Source: Mobula hypostoma
Taxonomy: Eukaryota
Direction of reading: 5' to 3'
NCBI RefSeq assembly: GCF_963921235.1
Contig: NC_086101.1
Span: 2,792,001 to 2,856,000, forward strand
DNA length: 64,000 nt
Every line of letters starts with the position of its first letter. The first letter of the stretch is position 1. Below, piece after piece: positions 49,410 through 60,239 of the stretch. The notes beneath the pieces are model-generated. The model was given only the letters and a program-made list of their open reading frames with translations, did no database searches and was not told the origin of the DNA. The translations under genes were made by a program, and so were the position numbers.

Positions 49410-49872
49410 GCAAACCACACAATATGCTGGAGGAACTCAGCAGCTCAGTCGGCATCTATGGAATTGAAGAGACAGTCGGCGATTCGGGCCATGTCCTCTT
49501 TTCAGGTCTAGAAAGGCAGGGGGAAGACACCAGAATAAAAAGATGGGGGTAGGGGGAGGAGGATAGCTGGAAGGTGATAGATGAAGCCACGTACATGGGA
49601 AAGGTAAAGGGCTGAAGAGGAAGGAATGTGATAGGCGGGTGAGAAGAGATAATGACAAGTGGAGCAAAGAAGAGCAGAGGAGAAGGATTTTTTTTAACCA
49701 GAAGGAGAAATCTATATTCTTGCCATCAGGCTGAAGGCCAGCCAGACAGAATATAAGGTGTTGCTGCTCGACCCTGTGGGTGGCTTCATTTTGGCCTTTC
49801 AGAATTTGTAGTTCAAGTCCGGCAGCCTTGGGCCGACATGTCAGAATGGGAATGGGAATGGGAATGGGAATT
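49410..49872 (-). mobile_element. Decayed Penelope-like 3' fragment
   Basis: ATHRVEQQHLIFCLAGLQPDGKNID ORF end plus a terminal region with a degenerate hammerhead. Confidence 0.7.
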
Positions 49873-49913
49873 TAAACGTCTGGCATTCGGGAAGTGTATT
49901 TAATAATGGTTTC

Positions 49914-51469
49914 AGTTACCAATACAATTGCTACAGAAATTTTTTCAAGAGTCAAATAAATGTGTGAGAAAATTTCTTTGGAAAGGTAAAATGTCAAGAA
50001 TATCATTGGAAAAATTGACATGTAAATTTGGGTTAGGAGGGTTACAACTTCCAAACTTTAAAAACTATTATAAAGCAAATCAACTCAGATTTATTGCATC
50101 TTTCTTCGATGATCGAAAACCAGCATGGATTAAAATAGAACTAGACAAGATAGGAGAAAATAGACCTGAAGATTTTATATATAAATGGGAATCTAAATCG
50201 ATACGGGAAAAGAAAGAATCTCCTATATTAACACATTTGATTGATCTATGGAATAAGATAAATGTTGATAATGAAACACAGAAATCTCTATTAGCAAGGA
50301 GACCTTTGTTCCAAAACAGACTTATTCCTTTTACAATGGATAATCAACTTTTATATAATTGGTACCAAAAAGGGATTAAATTTATAGGAGATTGTTTTGA
50401 ACGAGGTATATTGATGTCATTTGAACAATTAAAGGATAAATATAAAATATCTAATAATACTTTCTTTTGTTACTTTCAATTAAAGGCTTACTTAAAAGGT
50501 AAGCTGGGTCAAACAATGTTTTTGCCAAAACCTAATGAAATTGAAATTTTAATTCAAAAAGGGAAAATTAAAAAATTTATTTCTTGTATGTATAATTTGA
50601 TTCAAGAACAGACAATTAAACAAGGAACCCATAAGTCAAAGCAAAAATGGGAAACAGATCTGAATATTATTATTGATGAAACAAATTGGTCAAGACTTTG
50701 TCTTGACAGTATGACAAATACAATAAATGTTCGACTTAGATTAGTACAATATAATTTTTTACACCAATTATATATTACACTGCAAAAAATAAATAGATTA
50801 AATTCAAATTTATCTGATAAATGTTTTCGGTGTAATCAAGAAATTGGTACTTTTTTACATTCTACTTGGTCTTGTTTTAAAATTCAACCCTTTTGGATAA
50901 ATTTAAGAATCTTATTGGAACAAATCACTGCAACTCAACTTCCACATAACCCTGTATTATTTTTATTAGGTGATAGTGAAGGGATAAAACCGAAACTTAA
51001 ATTGAATAAATATCAGAAAGAATTTATAAAAATTGCATTGGCAGTAGCTAAGAAGACTATAGCAGTTACTTGGAAATCTGATTCATATTTAAGTATGGAT
51101 CGTTGGAATAATGGTTAGTTCTATTCCACTCGAAAAAATTACTTATAATTTAAGAGATAAATATGTAACATTTTTGAATATTTGGCGCCCTTATTTACAA
51201 AAGATAGGATGGCATATTTAAGTGCTCCGATAAAGACTTTGGTCACTTGGGGAAAGTAACGAATAATTATACCAAATTTATTTTGAATCCCATGGAGCAT
51301 GTGGAAACCTTCCAATACCCAGGCGGTTCTTTTCTTTTCTTTTCTTTTTCTTTCTTTTTAGGTAGGACTATATATGGGGGGGGGGGGGAGGGTTAAGGGG
51401 AGGGGGAGGGTAGATTCTATTTTTTCATGTATTCTTTTTGAAAATTCAATAAAAATTATATTACAAAAA
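49914..51469 (+). mobile_element. L1-clade LINE, 5'-truncated, with target-site duplication
   Basis: ORF FLWKGK..GGLQLPNFKNYYKA..CFRC..FLHSTWSC (CCHC-type knuckle), G-rich 3' UTR, AATAAA 51448-51453 and an A tail. TSD AATAATGGTTTC at 49902-49913 and 51470-51481. Confidence 0.92.
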
Positions 51470-51999
51470 AATAATGGTTTCCGTCGGGTTGAGACAGGAT
51501 TCCCTATGGAAATCTGGAACAGGGGGAATACAAAGGGAGTGGGATCACTCAGTGTAGATGGCAATAGTGGGGAGGGGACATAGACCTGGAACCCTCTCCC
51601 ATCACCTAGCGATGGGTCCCAGCTCAGACAGATCAGGACAGGGAGACTGGGCTACACCTCAGCTGAGTCAGGTAAGTGGGGTTATTACAGCTCCGGGCAT
51701 TCCAGAGTTGATAGTTCAATTCTGGCGCAGTGACTGGCTGCAGCTTCTTCCACAGTCCAAACACATACTGGTTGGTAGGTTAATTGGTCGTTGAAAACCG
51801 TCTGTGATTCAGGCCAGTGTTAACAAGGTGGATGTCTTGTCGGGCTGGAAGGGCCTGTTCCACACAGTGTGTCTAATAAAATCAGTCAGAAGCAGGGAAT
51901 GAGCAAGTCCCAAGGTAGCAGAGTCAGCAGCTAGCATAGTCAATGGGCCGAATGGCCCCATTCTGAGCCAGAGCAATTCATTCGAGGGTTAAAGATTTC

Positions 52000-53410
52000 A
52001 TAAGTTTTAATCTACAATTTAAGAGCGAGAAGGGAAACTCGGAAGTGTCAGTATTACAGTTGAACAAAGGGAACTATGGTGCTATGGGGGAGGAGCTGGC
52101 CAAAGTTCAATGGAACAATACCCTAGCAGGGACGACAGTGGAACAGCAATGGCAAGTGTTACTGGGAATAATGCGGAAGGTGCAGGATCAGTTCATTCCA
52201 AAGAAAAATCCTAAGGGGAGTAAGGGGAGGTCGTGGCTGACAAGGCAAGTAATGGACAGTATAAAAATAAAAGAGAAGTATAACATAGCAAAGACGAGTG
52301 GGAAGCCGGAGGATTGGGAAACATTTAAAGAGCAACAGAAGGTAACTAAAAAGGCAATACAGGGAGAAAAGATGAGATACGAAGGTAAACTAGCCAAGAA
52401 TATAAAGGAGGATAGTAAAAGCTTCTTTAGGTATGTGAAAAGGAAAAAAATAGTTAAGACCAAAATTGGGCCCTTGAAGACAGAAACGGGTGAATTTATT
52501 ATGGGGAACAAGGAAATGGCAGACGAGTTGAACAGGTGCTTTGGATCTGTCTTCACTAGGGAAGACACAAACAATCTCCCAGATATAATAGTGGCCAAAG
52601 GACCTAGGATAATGGATGAACTGAAGGAAGTTTATATTAGGCAGGAAATGGTGTTGGATAGACTGTTGGGTCTGAAGGCTGATAGGTCCCCAGGACCTGA
52701 TGGTCTGCACCCCAGGGTACTTAAGGAGGTGGCTTTAGAAATCATGGATGCATTGGTAATCACTTTCCAATGTTCTATGGATTCAGGATCAGTTCCTGTG
52801 GATTGGAGGGTGGCTAATGTTGTCCCTCTCTTCAAGAGGGGAGGAAGAGAGAAAACAGGGAATTATAGACCGGTTAGCCTGACGTTGGTGGTGGGAAAGA
52901 TGCTGGAGTCAATTACAAAAGATGAAATTATGACACATCTGGATAGCAGTAACAAGATCGGTCCGAGTCAGCATGGATTTACGCAGGGGAAATCGTGCTT
53001 GACTAATCTGGAATTTTTTGAGGATGTAACTATGAAAATGGACAAGGGAGAGCCAGTGGATGTAGTGTACCTGGACTTTCAGAAAGCCTTTGATAAAGTC
53101 CCACATAGGAGATTAGTGGGCAAAATTAGGGCACATGGTATTGGGGGCAGAGTACTGACATGGATTGAAAATTGGCTGGCTGACAGAAAACAAAGAGTAG
53201 CGATTAACGGGTTCTTTTCGGAATGACAGGTGGTGACCAGTGGGGTACCGCAGGGTTCAGTGCTGGGACTGCAGCTGTTTACAATCTATATTAATGATTT
53301 AGATGAGGGAATTAAAAGTAACATTAGCAAATTTGCCGATGACACAAAGCTGGGTGGCAGTGTGAAATGTGAGGAGGATGTTATGAGAATGCAGGGTGAC
53401 TTGGACAGCC
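52000..53410 (+). mobile_element. CR1-type LINE internal fragment
   Basis: ORF 52045-53226 (SPGPDGLHPRVLKE, SQHGF, YLDFQKAFDKVPH) and 53230 onward ([14 protein letters not shown]). Confidence 0.9.
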
Positions 53411-54856
53411 GGCTGAGTGGGCAGGCTGTGGTTATGCTGTTTCTGGAGTAGTGCATACAGTTCTGGTCACCCTGTTATAGAAAGGATGTTGAGGCTTTGG
53501 AGAGAGTGCAGAAGAGATTTACCAGGATGCCCGTCTGGATTGGAGGGCATGCGCTCTAACGAGAGGTTGGACAAACGGGGTTGTTTACTCTGGAGTAGAA
53601 GAGGCTGGGCAGAGATCTGATAGAGCTTTATAAGATTATGATAGAGTAGACAAGACAGTGTCTTTTGCCCAGGATTGAAATCTCTAATTCGAGAGGGCAT
53701 GGGTTTAAGATCAGAGGGGTAATTTCAAAGAAGATGTGAGGGGCAAGTTTTTTAAAAAACCAAACAAAGTGATTTGTGCCTGGAATGCGCTGCCTGGGGT
53801 GGTGGGAGAGGCACCAGAGATGTCTGGATAGGCACACGAATGTGAAGAAATGGACATTGTGTAGGTAGAAGAGATTAGTGAGCCATTTGATTACAAACTT
53901 GATGGTAATCGAATGGTGGGTGCCTGGAGTGTGCTGGTCGGGGAGAAATACAGGCAGACATAGTAGGCATTTAAAAGGTTTTAGATTGGCTCAGAAATGT
54001 GTGGGGAAGAACTTTGTGAAGGCAGATGGGATTTGTTTGGTTTGATATTTAATTACCGCAAATTAGCTTGACACAACTTTGTGGGCTGAAGAGCCTGTTC
54101 TTGTTCTGTACAGTTCTGTGCTCTGTGAGAACGTACTGTCAGTCAGCCTGGTGATACAGCTTTGATTTCAACATTTAAGAGAAATTGGCATAAGTATATA
54201 GATGGAAAAAGTATGGTGGGCTGTGATCCACATAGATCGATGGGACTGAGCAGAACAGTTCAGCAGAGACTAGATGGGCTGAAGAGCCTGTTGCTGTGCT
54301 GTAGTGTCTATAACTCCGTGAGAAAGTGGTGTTGAGCTGACTTCTGCAACTGTCGCAATAGCTGAGATTTGGGTACACCCCCAGTCATGCTGTAAGGAAT
54401 TTCTACGGTCGCTGTTTCCTCCCACATCCCAAAGACGTTCGCGTTAGGGTTGGTAAGCTGTGGCATGACATGTTGGTGCCAGGAGAATGGCGACACTAGT
54501 AGGACGCCCCTGGCACACCCTCGGACTGCGTTGGTTGTTGACGCAAATGATGCATTCCACCGGATGTTTCGATCTTCTCTTCATCGATTTAAAACTGCCA
54601 GGCACCGTATGTGCAGGCTGTCCTGTGCCTGCATCACATTATGGACATACAATCTATGTATGCATGCTATCTTATGTATTTATATTTAATGTTTTTGTTA
54701 TTTTTGTGTTCTTTATCCTATTGTGTTTTGTGCTGCATCAGATCTGAAGTAACAATTATTTTGTTCTTCACACATGTGAACTGGAAATAACATGAAGCAA
54801 ACTTGAATCTTGAATCTAATCTCTTCTTAACCTTTTGTGTGTGTTTTTCCCCTCAG

Positions 54857-55506
54857 TACCGGTGCCTCTGACGCTAAATCCCGATACTGCTAACCCCTGG
54901 CTCGTCCTGTCCGAGGACCTGCACAGTGTGAGGATGGGGGAGCAGCGGCGGACGGTGCCAGAATCAGCAGAGAGATTCGATCGGTGCGCCTGCGTCTTGG
55001 GCATGGAGGGATTCTCTGTGGGGCAGCACTACTGGGAGGTGGAGGTGGGACAGAAAACAGAGTGGGATCTCGGGGTAGCCAGGAAATCCTGCCAGAGGAA
55101 GGGAAGAATCCGGCGCTATCCCAACGATGGGTACTGGAGATTAAGCCTGAGGCGGCACAATGAGTACAGAGTGTTCACGGACCCTCCCACTCTGCTCAGT
55201 CTGACCCGCAGCCCACACACGGTGGGCATCTACCTGGACTATGAGGGCGGGCAGCTATCGTTCTATGACGCGGATGGGATGGTTCACCTCCACACCTTCA
55301 CTGGCACCTTCACTGAGACCCTCTACCCCTATTTCTGCCCCTGTCTCGGGGACGGAGGGAAGAACTTGGAAGCCATGAAGATCTGCTGGGTGAAAAGCCC
55401 CACTCAACATAAAGTGCCTGAGACGTTAATTCGCCATAGTCTGAACTCTGATACTTCTGCTGCTGGGTCCCGGCAGGAGCGCACACCAGAGGCTATACTT
55501 CATTAG
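54857..55506 (+). CDS. TRIM gene terminal coding exon 6, PRY-SPRY (B30.2) domain
   Basis: TTTTCCCCTCAG|TACCG, encoding LTLNPDTANPWLVLSED..ERFD..VLG.EGF..GQHYWEVEV..WDLGVA..GYW..VGIYLDYEGGQLSFYDA..LYPYFCP. Stop TAG at 55504-55506, and the phase matches exon 5. Confidence 0.95.
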
Positions 55507-55924
55507 ACGTTTGAGCAGATGTGGTATGTCGCTAAAAGCTCCAGCAAATTCCTACAGACAGCGTTCTGACTGGTTACATCAATGTGGAGGGGCCACTGCA
55601 CAGGGTCGGAAAAAGCTGCAGAAGGTTGTAAAGTCAGTCAACTGCATCATGGGCACTAGCCTCGGCCCTATTGAGGAGGTAGCATCCTCTCCGTCCTCCT
55701 CTTCTCGTGAGTCAACACTCCAGGAGCGGCTATCCCCTCCACCGTCAGATTTCCGAATGGACCATGAACAATTCCTCGCTTTTCCTCTCCTTATCTACTA
55801 ATTTATTAATTTTAGATTTCTTATTGTAATTTCCAGTATTTTTTTCTGTAATGCACTGTACTGGTGCCACAAGAGAACAAATTTCACAACCTATGTCAGT
55901 GATAATAAAACCAATTATGATTCT
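55481..55924 (+). mobile_element. Decayed Rex1-like LINE 3' end overlapping the TRIM stop codon and 3' UTR
   Basis: GCACACCAGAGGCTATACTTCATTAGACGTTTGAGCAGATGTGGTATGTC matches the Rex1 copy at 1941-1990. Tail GTCAGTGATAATAAAACCAATTATGATTCT. Confidence 0.8.
55904..55909 (+). terminator. Candidate poly(A) signal of the TRIM gene
   Basis: First AATAAA downstream of the stop codon. Confidence 0.5.
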
Positions 55925-56125
55925 CGCAAATTCCAAAGACATATGAGTGAGTTGTGGCTGGGCCCAGCACGTCCTCGGGCTGTGTCTGTCGCTGATACAA
56001 ACAGTGCATTGCGCTGTGTTCTGATGTACACGTGACAGATACAGCTAATCCTCAATCTTGTCTTGCACCTTCCCCAATCCCCACATCTCTCACAGTGAGG
56101 AGATGCTCAGCCCTGGTTCCACTGT

Positions 56126-56131
56126 TTTAAT
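56126..56131 (-). terminator. Candidate poly(A) signal (ATTAAA) of VPS52
   Basis: First canonical-type hexamer I found on the minus strand beyond the 3' minisatellite. Confidence 0.35.
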
Positions 56132-56479
56132 TCTGGGATGAATTCCAGAGGAAACCCCTGCCCCGTCAGACCTCCCACTGATCGTTGTGCTGTCCGGACC
56201 CAGGGCCATTTCTGGATCAACACAGAGGTGTGGAGCAGAGCCCAGTGTCCAAACACCACTGGGACCTTGTCCCACGTTCTGCACCACCATCCTGAATTTT
56301 CAAACAGCCGACCAGATGAGAAGAGTTGAGCAGGTAGTGGAGAGGGAATGTTACTGCAGCAGGGCCCATGGGTCGGTCCATCGGGTTTTGCTGTTTACTA
56401 CACATGCACCAAGGTTATTGACATCCACCGACCCACAGCACCTGCACTGTACTTAAAGGGTAACGCACATCGGAGGGGA

Positions 56480-57978
56480 AGAGTGGGGGAGAGGAGGGAT
56501 GGAGTGTGGGAGAGGAAGGGTGGAGGAATGTGGATGGAAGAGTGGGAGAGGAGGGTTGGAGGAATATGGGAGAGGAGGGATGGAGTAATGCAGGAGAGGA
56601 GGGATGGAGCAATGCAGGAGAGGAGGGATGGAGGAAGGCAGGAGAGGAGGGATGGAGGAACGTGGGAGAGGAGGGATGGAGGAATGTGGGAGAGGAGGGA
56701 TGGAGGAACGTGGGAGAGGAGGGATGGAGCAATGCAGGAGAGGAGGGATGGAGCAATGCTGGAGAGGAGGGATGGAGGAAGGCAGGAGAGGAGGGATGGA
56801 GGAAGGCAGGAGAGGAGGGATGGAGGAATGTGGGAGGGAGGATGGAGAAACGTGGGAGAGGAGGGATGGAGGAACGTGGGAGAGGAGGGATGGAGGAATG
56901 TGAGAGAGGAGGGATGGAGGAACGTGGGAGAGGAGGGATGGAGGAACATGGGAGAGGAGGGATGGAGGAACGTGGGAGAGGAGGGATGGAGGAATGTGGG
57001 AGAGGAGGGATGGAGGAACGTGAGAGAGGAGGGATGGAGGAACGTCAGAGAGGAGGGATGGAAGAAGGTGGGAGAGGAGGGATGGAGGAACGTGGGAGTG
57101 GTGGGACGGAGGAACGTGGGAGATGAAGGGTGGAGGAATGTGGGAGTGGAGGGATGGAAGAAGGCGGGAGAGGAGGGATGGAGGAACGTGGGAGTGGAGG
57201 GATGGAGGAATGTGGGAGAGGAAGGATGGAGGAACGTGGGAGAGGAGGGATGGAGGAATGTGGGAGAGGAGGGATGGAGGAATGTGGGAGAGGAAGGATG
57301 GAGGAATGTGGGAGAGGAGGGATGGAGGAATGTGGGAGAGGAGGGATGGAGGAATGTGGGAGAGGAAGGATGGAGGAATGTGGGAGAGGAGGGATGGAGG
57401 AACGTCAGAGAGGAGGGATGGAGGAATGTGAGAGAGGAGGGATGGAGGAATGTGGGAGAGGAAGGATGGAGGAACGTCGGAGAGGAGGGATGGAGGAACG
57501 TGGGAGAGGAAGGATGGAGGAATGTGGGAGAGGAGGGATGGAGGAATGTGGGAGAGGAGGGATGGAGGAATGTGGGAGAGGAGGGATGGAGGAACGTGGG
57601 AGAGGAGGGATGGAGGAACGTGGGAGAGGAGGGATGGAGGAACGTGGGAGAGGAAGGATGGAGGAACATGGGAGTGGAGGGATGGAGGAACATGGGAGAG
57701 GAGGGATGGAGGAATGTGGGAGAGGAGGGATGGAGGAACGTGGGAGAGGAGGGATAGAGGAATGTGGGAGAGGAGGGATGGAGGAACGTCAGAGAGGAGG
57801 GATGGAGGAATGTGGGAGAGGAAGGATGGAGGAATGTGGGAGAGGAGGGATGGAGGAATGTGGGAGAGGAGGGATGGAGGAATGTGGGAGAGGAGGGATG
57901 GAGGAACGTCAGAGAGGAGGGATGGAGGAACGTGGGAGAGGAGGGATGGAGGAACGTGGGAGAGGAGGGATGGAGGAA
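56480..57978. repeat. 24-bp purine-rich minisatellite, about 60 copies
   Basis: Unit GGGAGAGGAGGGATGGAGGAA(T/C)GT. Confidence 0.95.
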
Positions 57979-57998
57979 AGCAGAGCGGTACACATGGA

Positions 57999-58145
57999 TC
58001 AGAAATTAGGTTTGTGTTTTTTCACTTCCACCATGAGGTGGTGAATGTTGATGAGGTCAGAGCGGACGGCCAGGCTGCGCAGGGGTGGTTGTGACAGCAC
58101 CCGGTGGAATCGGTGATAATACTGGATCAGCTGGGTCAGCGCTCC
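57999..58145 (-). CDS. VPS52: VPS52 (GARP/EARP complex subunit) last coding exon
   Basis: CCCAACAG|GGAGCG, encoding GALTQLIQYYHRFHRVLSQPPLRSLAVRSDLINIHHLMVEVKKHKPNF*, the recognisable VPS52 C-terminus. Confidence 0.95.
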   Translation of the reverse strand, partial: GALTQLIQYYHRFHRVLSQPPLRSLAVRSDLINIHHLMVEVKKHKPNF

Positions 58146-58417
58146 CTGTTGGGGGGGGAATAGAGGTTACTGCCGGCACCACACGCCCCTTCCACACATA
58201 CACCCTCCGACCTCAGCCCGCAATACACAGTTCCCACGCACCCACCCCTTCCGTCTGCCCAGCACAGGCCTCAACCCCCCGTGACATCACCACTCCTTCA
58301 CCCCCTCACACACTCCGGAACCCACCGCCTTCACATAACCTCCACCTCCCCCCAGGACTGTGACCCCTGCGTCCCCAACACAGCGTTACCGTCCCCCACC
58401 CCTCTACCAGCACCCAC

Positions 58418-58536
58418 CTGTATGATGCCTGTGCCATTGCGGAAGTTGGTGAAGGACCTCATCACGTCCTGGCTCAAAGCTTCTACTGACTGCTTCCAGG
58501 TAGCAGCAAACCCCCGAACCAGCTGCACCACACGTC
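58418..58536 (-). CDS. VPS52: VPS52 exon (119 bp)
   Basis: GTCCCAG|GACGT...ATACAG|GTGGGT, encoding RVVQLVRGFAATWKQSVEALSQDVMRSFTNFRNGTGIIQ. Confidence 0.95.
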
Positions 58537-59164
58537 CTGGGACAACGGGGAAGGTGACAGTCAGCAGGGGTGAGTGAGGGGTCCCACGCTGGGCCACTGG
58601 CTCTGCAGTGCACCATTTTACAGCACTAGTGACTGGACTATGACACCAGGCACTATCTGTAAGGAATTTTTACGTTCCCCCTCAGACCAGGTGGGTTTCC
58701 TCAGGGTGCTCCAGTTTCCTCCAACAGAGACAAAGATCTACAGGTTAGAGTTTGTGAGGTGTGGGCATGCTATGTCAGCGCTGGAGATGTTAACCGTTGT
58801 GGATTTTCCCTGCCTCGTTCTCGAACTGTGTTCATCATTCACGCAAACGATGCATTTCCCCGGATGTCTTGATTTCCAGAAACTCATCTTATCTGTGTGA
58901 GGAGTCTCTTTTGATTGTTGTGGGAAAAGTGGGTTTGAACTTGTGGGGCATGGTGGGGAAGAAGGCAGCTGTAGCAATGGGAAGGGAACTATCTGGTTCT
59001 AAGCTTCTATTATTCTGAAGCGGTAAGAATTTAACTCCAGGCTGAAATGGAGATAAGAATGTAGATTTAAAAATTTAAAGTTTAAATGGTGATAACAGGA
59101 CTGACAGGGTTATATTTGAATGCACACAGTATACAAAATAATGAAGATGATCTTGTTCAAAAGA

Positions 59165-59885
59165 TGAGGTTTCGGGCATTTGGAGGCACATGATAAAACA
59201 GGCCAAAGTCAGCATGGTTTCCTTCATGGAAAATCTTGCCTGACAAATCTGTTGGAATTCTTTGAAGAAATAACAAGTAGGATAGGCAAAGGAGAATCGG
59301 TCAATGCTGTGTACTTGTATTTTCAGAAGGCCTTTGGCTGTTATGAGCCCATGGTATTACAGGAAAGATTCTAGCACGGATAAAGCAGTGGCTGATTGGC
59401 AGGAGGCAAAGAGTGGGATTAAAGCAAGCCTTTTCTGTTGGAAGCTGGTGACTGGTGGTACTCCACGGGGGACTGTGCTGGAACCGCTTCTTTTAATTTC
59501 ATCGATGAAACTGATGGCTTTGTGGCTAAGTTTGCAGACGATACAAACATAAGTGCAGGGACAGGTAGTGTTGTGATGATAGGGAGTCTGCAGAAGGACT
59601 TGGACAGATTGGGAGAATGAGCAAAGAGGGAGATGGAATATAGTGTCGGGAAGTGTATGGTTATGCACTTTGAGTTAAATAATAAAGGTGTAGACCATTT
59701 TTCAGATGGGAAGCAAATTCAGAAGTCAAAGGTACAAAAGGACTTGTAAGTCCTCATGTAGGATTCCAAAGGTTAACTTTGAAATTGAGTTGGTGGTAAG
59801 GAAGGCAAATGTAATGTTGACATTTGTTTCGAGAGGACTGGAATATGAAGGTAACCTGAGGCTGTATAAAGCATTGGTCAGACCA
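59165..59885 (+). mobile_element. Decayed CR1-type LINE
   Basis: SQHGFLHGKSCLTNLLEFFEE and VAKFADDT. Confidence 0.8.
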
Positions 59886-60098
59886 ATGAGGAGGAGGGGG
59901 TGCCACTGTGGGAGGGAGGCTGCAGAGAGGTGTGATGTTTGTGACTATTAGAGCGATACCTTAGGACCAAAACTGACCGACAGATGGTGATGGTGGTCTC
60001 CCAAAGCTCGGAGTTAGGTTGGACCCTGCACAGGGCTTGCTGTGTGGTGGGGGCAGGGGGGTGGTCTCTGCTTCTGCCTGGATCCATTCCACACTTAC

Positions 60099-60210
60099 CC
60101 TCCTCACTTTTCAGCTTGTCCGCCTGACCTTTCTCCATGAGGCTCTCCGCCTCCTTCACAAATGCAATCATCCCTCCGAATGGCGGCGAGAGGATCTCCT
60201 CGATGAACTC
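60099..60210 (-). CDS. VPS52: VPS52 exon (112 bp)
   Basis: CCTGGCAG|GAGTTC...GAGGAGG|GTAAGT, encoding EFIEEILSPPFGGMIAFVKEAESLMEKGQADKLKSEE. Confidence 0.95.
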
Positions 60211-60239
60211 CTGCCAGGAAACACACACAGGTATCAAAA

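Noticed and set aside
56348..58094. ORFs with VGEEGWRN or FLHPSSPT repeats
   Set aside because: A 24-bp unit without stops is open in several frames on both strands and lies in the VPS52 3' region.
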